Below, piece after piece: positions 58,927 to 64,000 of a DNA stretch of 64,000 bases. The DNA is from Octopus vulgaris. Lineage: Eukaryota. The position numbers and the translations under genes were made by a program. Position 1 is the first letter of the stretch. Each line of letters begins with the position of its first letter. The stretch spans positions 29,574,001-29,638,000 of the forward strand of contig OX597835.1 of NCBI GenBank assembly GCA_951406725.2. Reading direction: 5' to 3'. The notes under the pieces were generated by a model that ran no database searches, was not told the origin of the DNA, and saw only the letters and a list, made by a program, of their open reading frames with translations.

Positions 58927-61434
58927 TGTATGTATGTGTGTATGAGCATGTACGCGTACACACACACACACACTAATAATATATTATGTTATGTAGGTCA
59001 TCGTATTTTTTTCAATATCGAAAATATTTGGAAATCTATAGAACGTTTCATCTTTATTATAACTTATTTTATTCTATTTTATATTTTTTTATTTTGTTCT
59101 TATTCCGTATTTTTTTTTATTTCTTATTTTTGCGGCTTCCCCATTAACATTGTTCAGAAGCTAAGAAATAGATACAGCCAAAGATTATATATCAAACGAG
59201 AGGTCCACAACAATGTAACCTGACCTGCATAAAATAGCAGCCAAAATTTCTTTCTAATCAGATCATCAGGACTAATGAGTCGATGCCGTGCTAAACCGGA
59301 CGTTGTGGAAGCGCAATGGGCCAGCGGACTTGCAGTCGTAGAAACGCGGTTTCGATTCCCAGACCGGGTTTTGTGAGTATTTATTGAGCGAAAACACCTA
59401 AAGTTCCACGAGGGCCCGGCAAGGGGTGGTGTCAAACCCTGCTGTACTCTTTCATCACAACTTTCTCGCACTCTTTTTTCCTGTTTCTGTTGTACCTGTA
59501 TTTCAAAGGGCCAGCCTTTCAGTATTTCAAAGGGCCAGCCCTCATCGTCGTAACCGACGGAGTGCCACGAAACTGGACACCAATCCACCCATGCCCTCTA
59601 TTTCTGTCCCTAGGTTATACAGGTTCTCTTTTTAGTTTATTTGGATGCTTTCTGCAGCAAGCTAGCTTTTGTTGGTTTGGTCATTTCCTTTAATGAAAAT
59701 TATAAAAAAATTCGTAGCTAATCCCTTCCGCAAACCATTTTTTTTTTTTTGTCTTCAGGGTTTGTGACTAGCCAATTAATATTTTCATTTGAATGATAAT
59801 ATCCAGATGGAGATCAGACAATTCTGAGAAAGAGAAAAAGAGAGAGACAGGCAGACAGACAGATAGGCAGGCAGAGATATGCAGACGGCAGGCAGAAAAA
59901 TGTACTTCCAGTAATTGAGTGGTACTTTATATTATATTATTGACTTGGAAAGGATTAAAAAGTACATTTGACCTCGACGAGTATTTGAACTCAGAACGCT
60001 AAGAGCCGGAGGAAATACTGTAAACTATTTTATCTGACATTCTAATTACAGTGTCATCTGATTACTTAATACGTAATTTTGCTACTTTGCAGATACTAGA
60101 TAGTGTAGAGGCACAATGGTTAGGACAGCGGACTCGCAGTCGTAGGATCGCGGTTTCGATTCCCAGATCGGACGTTGTGATAATTCATTGAGCAAAAACA
60201 CCTAAAGCTCCTCCAAGCTCCGGCAGGGAGTGGTGGCAAACCCTGCTGTGCTCTTTCACCATAACTCTCTCAGTCTTTCGTCTTGTTTCTCTTGTACCTG
60301 TATTTCAAAGGGCCAGCCTAGTCACGCTGAATCTCCCCGAGAACTACGTTAAGGGTACACGTGTCTGTGGAGTGCTCAGCCACTTGCACGTTGATTTCAC
60401 GAGCAGACTCTTCCGTTGATCGGATCAACTGGAACCCTCGTGGTCGTCGTAACCGACTGAGGGCCACGACTAGATAGTTATAAGAACAACTCGGGCACTT
60501 GAAAGAAATATTTGTATTGTAGCAAAGATAATTACAAATATAAGACTGGCCGAGAGTCAGGAACAGGCAAAATATCCTTTTATATGATTCATTTAGTAAG
60601 TCTAACTTCATTACATGTCGACTCAGTTCGAATCACGTTAACCGTGGACTGGTTCACGATGGCGAGAAGGGAAGACAACTCTCGTCTATTTGTTGCTGAT
60701 TCTTAATATACAACATAAACTGTCCAATTTAATATGCAAAGCTTCGTCCGATAAACTGATTAGAGCATTTATTCCCAACGTGAGGTACATGTCCAGCAGG
60801 TGAGGCCTGGGAAAATTTGTGGTGGGGCTTGGGATCCAAATTTTTTTTTCTTTTTACTTTTAGTGGGACATGGAATTGTGAAAATCTTTTTTTTTCCTAA
60901 CAAACTTCGGACACCTATATTCAGTCTAGCCGAACCAATCTTCCCAGCTAAGCATAATGTGTGAAGACTTTTTGCTACAGTATAACGCTATTCTAGTGCC
61001 CTAGTGTGCATACTACTTTAAGGAAGGTATATAATTACGAAATATTAAATATACAGTTAGTGTTAGGGTTTTTCAACTACTGGTGGGGCGTACATTTTCC
61101 GGGAGAGTTATAGTGGTGCCTGGGGGAAAATAGGTTGGAAAACACTGGATTAGATAGAAATAAAATGCAATGAGTTCACTTGAAGTGTTGTTGATCAAAG
61201 ATCAACTGAGCCTCACCTACAATGGGATTCGGTCCCTTATGTTGACGCTCGGGTTATCTCATATCATGTTTTGGAGAAGTTAACTTTAGATTTATTACGT
61301 CTGGAATAAAAGACGAGTTGATCACGGTTGGAACGCCCTTGATTTTTAGTTTGCTTCCTTAGTGTTGATCTGTGGCTAATCAACGTCAAGAGCAACTTTG
61401 AAAACAACAAAAGACTGTTAGCGTTGTCTCTCCT

Positions 61435-61790
61435 CCTGACAGAAATAGTAACCAAATCTCCCTCAAATTACACTTTAACATCTTAAAAAAGGGAATAACG
61501 TGCCAACGTGAGAGACTCTATGAGGTCGATCGATCTGCTAAAAATGGAGGCTGACTCGCCTTCAAATTACACTGTAGCATCTTTAAAATGAGAATAACAA
61601 ACTAACGAGAGAGCCACCGTGAGGTTGGTCTATCTGCTAAAAATAGTAGCTAAATCTCTCTCAAATAACCCCGTAGTGTCTTTAAAAAAGGGAATAACGA
61701 GCTAAAGGAAGAGCCTCTGCGGGATCGATCTACAAAAATAACAGCTAAATCACCCTCAAATCATACACTACTAGTATCTTTAAAAGGACA
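61435..61790 (-). repeat. Diverged tandem array of ~99-bp units (~4 copies), same family as 9315-9786
   Basis: Repeating CTGCTAAAAATAGTAGCTAAATCTCCCTCAAATTACAC..TCTTTAAAA, reverse complement of the 9.3-kb unit core. Confidence 0.75.
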
Positions 61791-62138
61791 TATTGAATAA
61801 TATGGCCCTCGGTTCCCTGCAGCTAGGAAAATCGTACAGGTTGGACATGGGTTGAGATGTTTTCCATTTTAGGTCTGCTTAATCAGGGCTAACCTAGGGC
61901 TAAACAGCAATGAACTCAACAACAGCAAACATAGTGATCCCGTGTTTGAAATGTTGGCGTCGACGGGAGATTCAAACACCAATATCTCTGTTGTTTAAAT
62001 GTGGGAATATACTCAGAATATGTCGTAGGTTTGATATTTATTCCAGAGTAGCAAATTCTAACGAATCACATTGTATATTGTTTTAGCATAAGCAGGTAAA
62101 ACGTTCATGAAATTTTTGTATTTTCGTACTGATTACGT

Positions 62139-62171
<33 letters not shown>

Positions 62172-62227
62172 CACACACACACACACGCATGTATGTATAT
62201 AGATATAGATATACGTATGTCTGTATG

Positions 62228-62260
<33 letters not shown>

Positions 62261-62380
62261 AAGTATGAATAATATGTGCTTGTATGTGAGTGTTTATATA
62301 TATACATGTATAGATGTTTATGTATCTGTATCTATATATATTTATACATCTTTGTGCTTATACATCTATACGTGTATATA

Positions 62381-62416
<36 letters not shown>

Positions 62417-62451
62417 TGTATGCATGTACAAAGACACACACACACACACAC

Positions 62452-62497
<46 letters not shown>

Positions 62498-63684
62498 GTG
62501 ATGTCTATACACTTTATTTGATGTGTTTGCAGTTTTATTAATAAAGCATATCACTCTACCTCCGGTATTCGAGTACTATTTTTTCCACCTTGTTTCGCAT
62601 TTATGTACTTATTCTGTTATATATATACTTCCATATGTATACAGGTAATATAAACGAGAGCAGTACAACTCGGTATATATGAAAAAAAATAGAGTATTAA
62701 TATATTTTATTTATTCTAGTGACTCGGAATCCGACAGCTTAATCCCAGAACACAGATCTAACTCGATGAGAAATCTTTGGTCTTACAATTCCCTGGAACG
62801 AAACTTTAGAATCTAGAGCTGATGTCACTCCGCGATTAGCATAAAATATTATCTATGCAGATTTATGTGTGCATTTTTATGCGTTGATATATGTAGGTTT
62901 GGGTGTATGTGTGCGCGTGCGTGCGTGTGTGTGCGTACATATATGTAATACATATATCTTTTATGGAAATACTTTATTCGTATTTGTCCTTAGTTTCCTC
63001 TCTCACTCGTATCTTGTTGCCACTGCGTTCTACGTCTTTTTGTTTGTAATGTTTACCGCCTCAGTGATGTTTGACTTCCACGAGCGCAATCAGAAAAGTA
63101 GTCTTGTCAAATTTAATTCTTCAGACTTCAAGTGTAGCAAAACTGCGTTGGTTTTGGCGTCCCTGGCTGACGTGAGGGTGTTCTACGTTTTATAGTTCTT
63201 TTTCCGTTAATCATTTCCATGTCTCGTTTGGATTCTTTATTACTGCATATACTATGCATCAATGTATATGTAGGCATTATGGACAATTGTATGTATATAG
63301 CTAATATTTACTGGTTTTTAGTTTATAGGCTAATCTAATACATCTAGAGCACTTGTGTTAAATTGATGAGATGTCTGCATTGCTAACTTGCCGATTGCTA
63401 CCGTTTGCTAACTTTTGTAGTGAACCAGAAAAGCAGTCTCATGTTCAAGTCTTTCTTGCCTTCTTGTGCACGCACAATAATCGAATATTTTGCTATACCA
63501 GGTTAATTTGTTCTGAATCCTCGGACTGAGCAGTGATTCACAACGAGCATAAGTCCACAGATCAGTGAGATATATTCAATCGTCCAGTTGCTTCAATAAA
63601 ACATTTACTGTACTCTTAATCTGTATTGAGTTCTTTTTGGTTTAGAGGTTGCGGCATCAAGTACAACTTAACTATTGTTATGTA

Positions 63685-63742
<58 letters not shown>

Positions 63743-63783
63743 ACTTACATGCACGAAAACTTTACATATGTGTGTGCGCGTCA

Positions 63784-63861
<78 letters not shown>

Positions 63862-64000
63862 GTGTGTGTGTATTATGCATGCATGTATGTACGTATGTAT
63901 GCCATTTTTCAGTTGTATTTCAAGATTTCTTGCCAATAGAGAAAGATCCGGTTACTAACCTAGATCCAAGGCTCCTTCATTGGAATTTCAACATTAACAT

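Noticed and set aside
59230-59280. Minus-strand CTGATGA-TCT(GATT)AGA as hammerhead
   Set aside because: No correctly placed GAAA, stem III or stem I; lies in the dispersed GCTATTT repeat
61063-61148. hAT/Charlie-like mini element
   Set aside because: Only one convincing terminus (CAGTGTTTTCCAAC); no 8-bp TSD verified
63050-63200. Minus-strand TATAAAA plus TGACGT as promoter/first exon; plus-strand hydrophobic ORF 62869-63195
   Set aside because: Short motifs expected by chance in AT-rich DNA; the ORF starts in a microsatellite

Overview
This is a eukaryotic, very AT-rich, intronic or intergenic window dominated by microsatellites, with no confidently intact host gene. The repeat landscape is most consistent with an octopus or other cephalopod genome (inference): three tRNA-like SINE families, vast (TA)n/(TACA)n/(GATA)n/(TAA)n tracts, and mariner and LINE relics. 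Most ORFs in the supplied track are translations of simple repeats. Real coding relics are a near-complete Tx1/L1-type LINE ORF2 (16.8-20.8 kb) with a second truncated copy, R4/Dong-like and RTE LINE remnants, mariner transposase pseudogenes and two Penelope-like (GIY-YIG) remnants. The most striking signal is non-coding. Several short, ORF-less inserts sit inside (TA)n tracts and carry type I hammerhead-ribozyme folds. One is a 482-nt monomer with terminal redundancy plus an inverted copy (7448-8545, two intact hammerheads). Another is a 585-nt monomer with 30-bp terminal redundancy (2439-3053). Together they suggest retrozyme-like or Penelope-derived self-cleaving elements targeting TA microsatellites. 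Different retroelement classes also appear to partition different microsatellite motifs: TA for Penelope/hammerhead, GATA for Tx1 and TAA for Dong-like.
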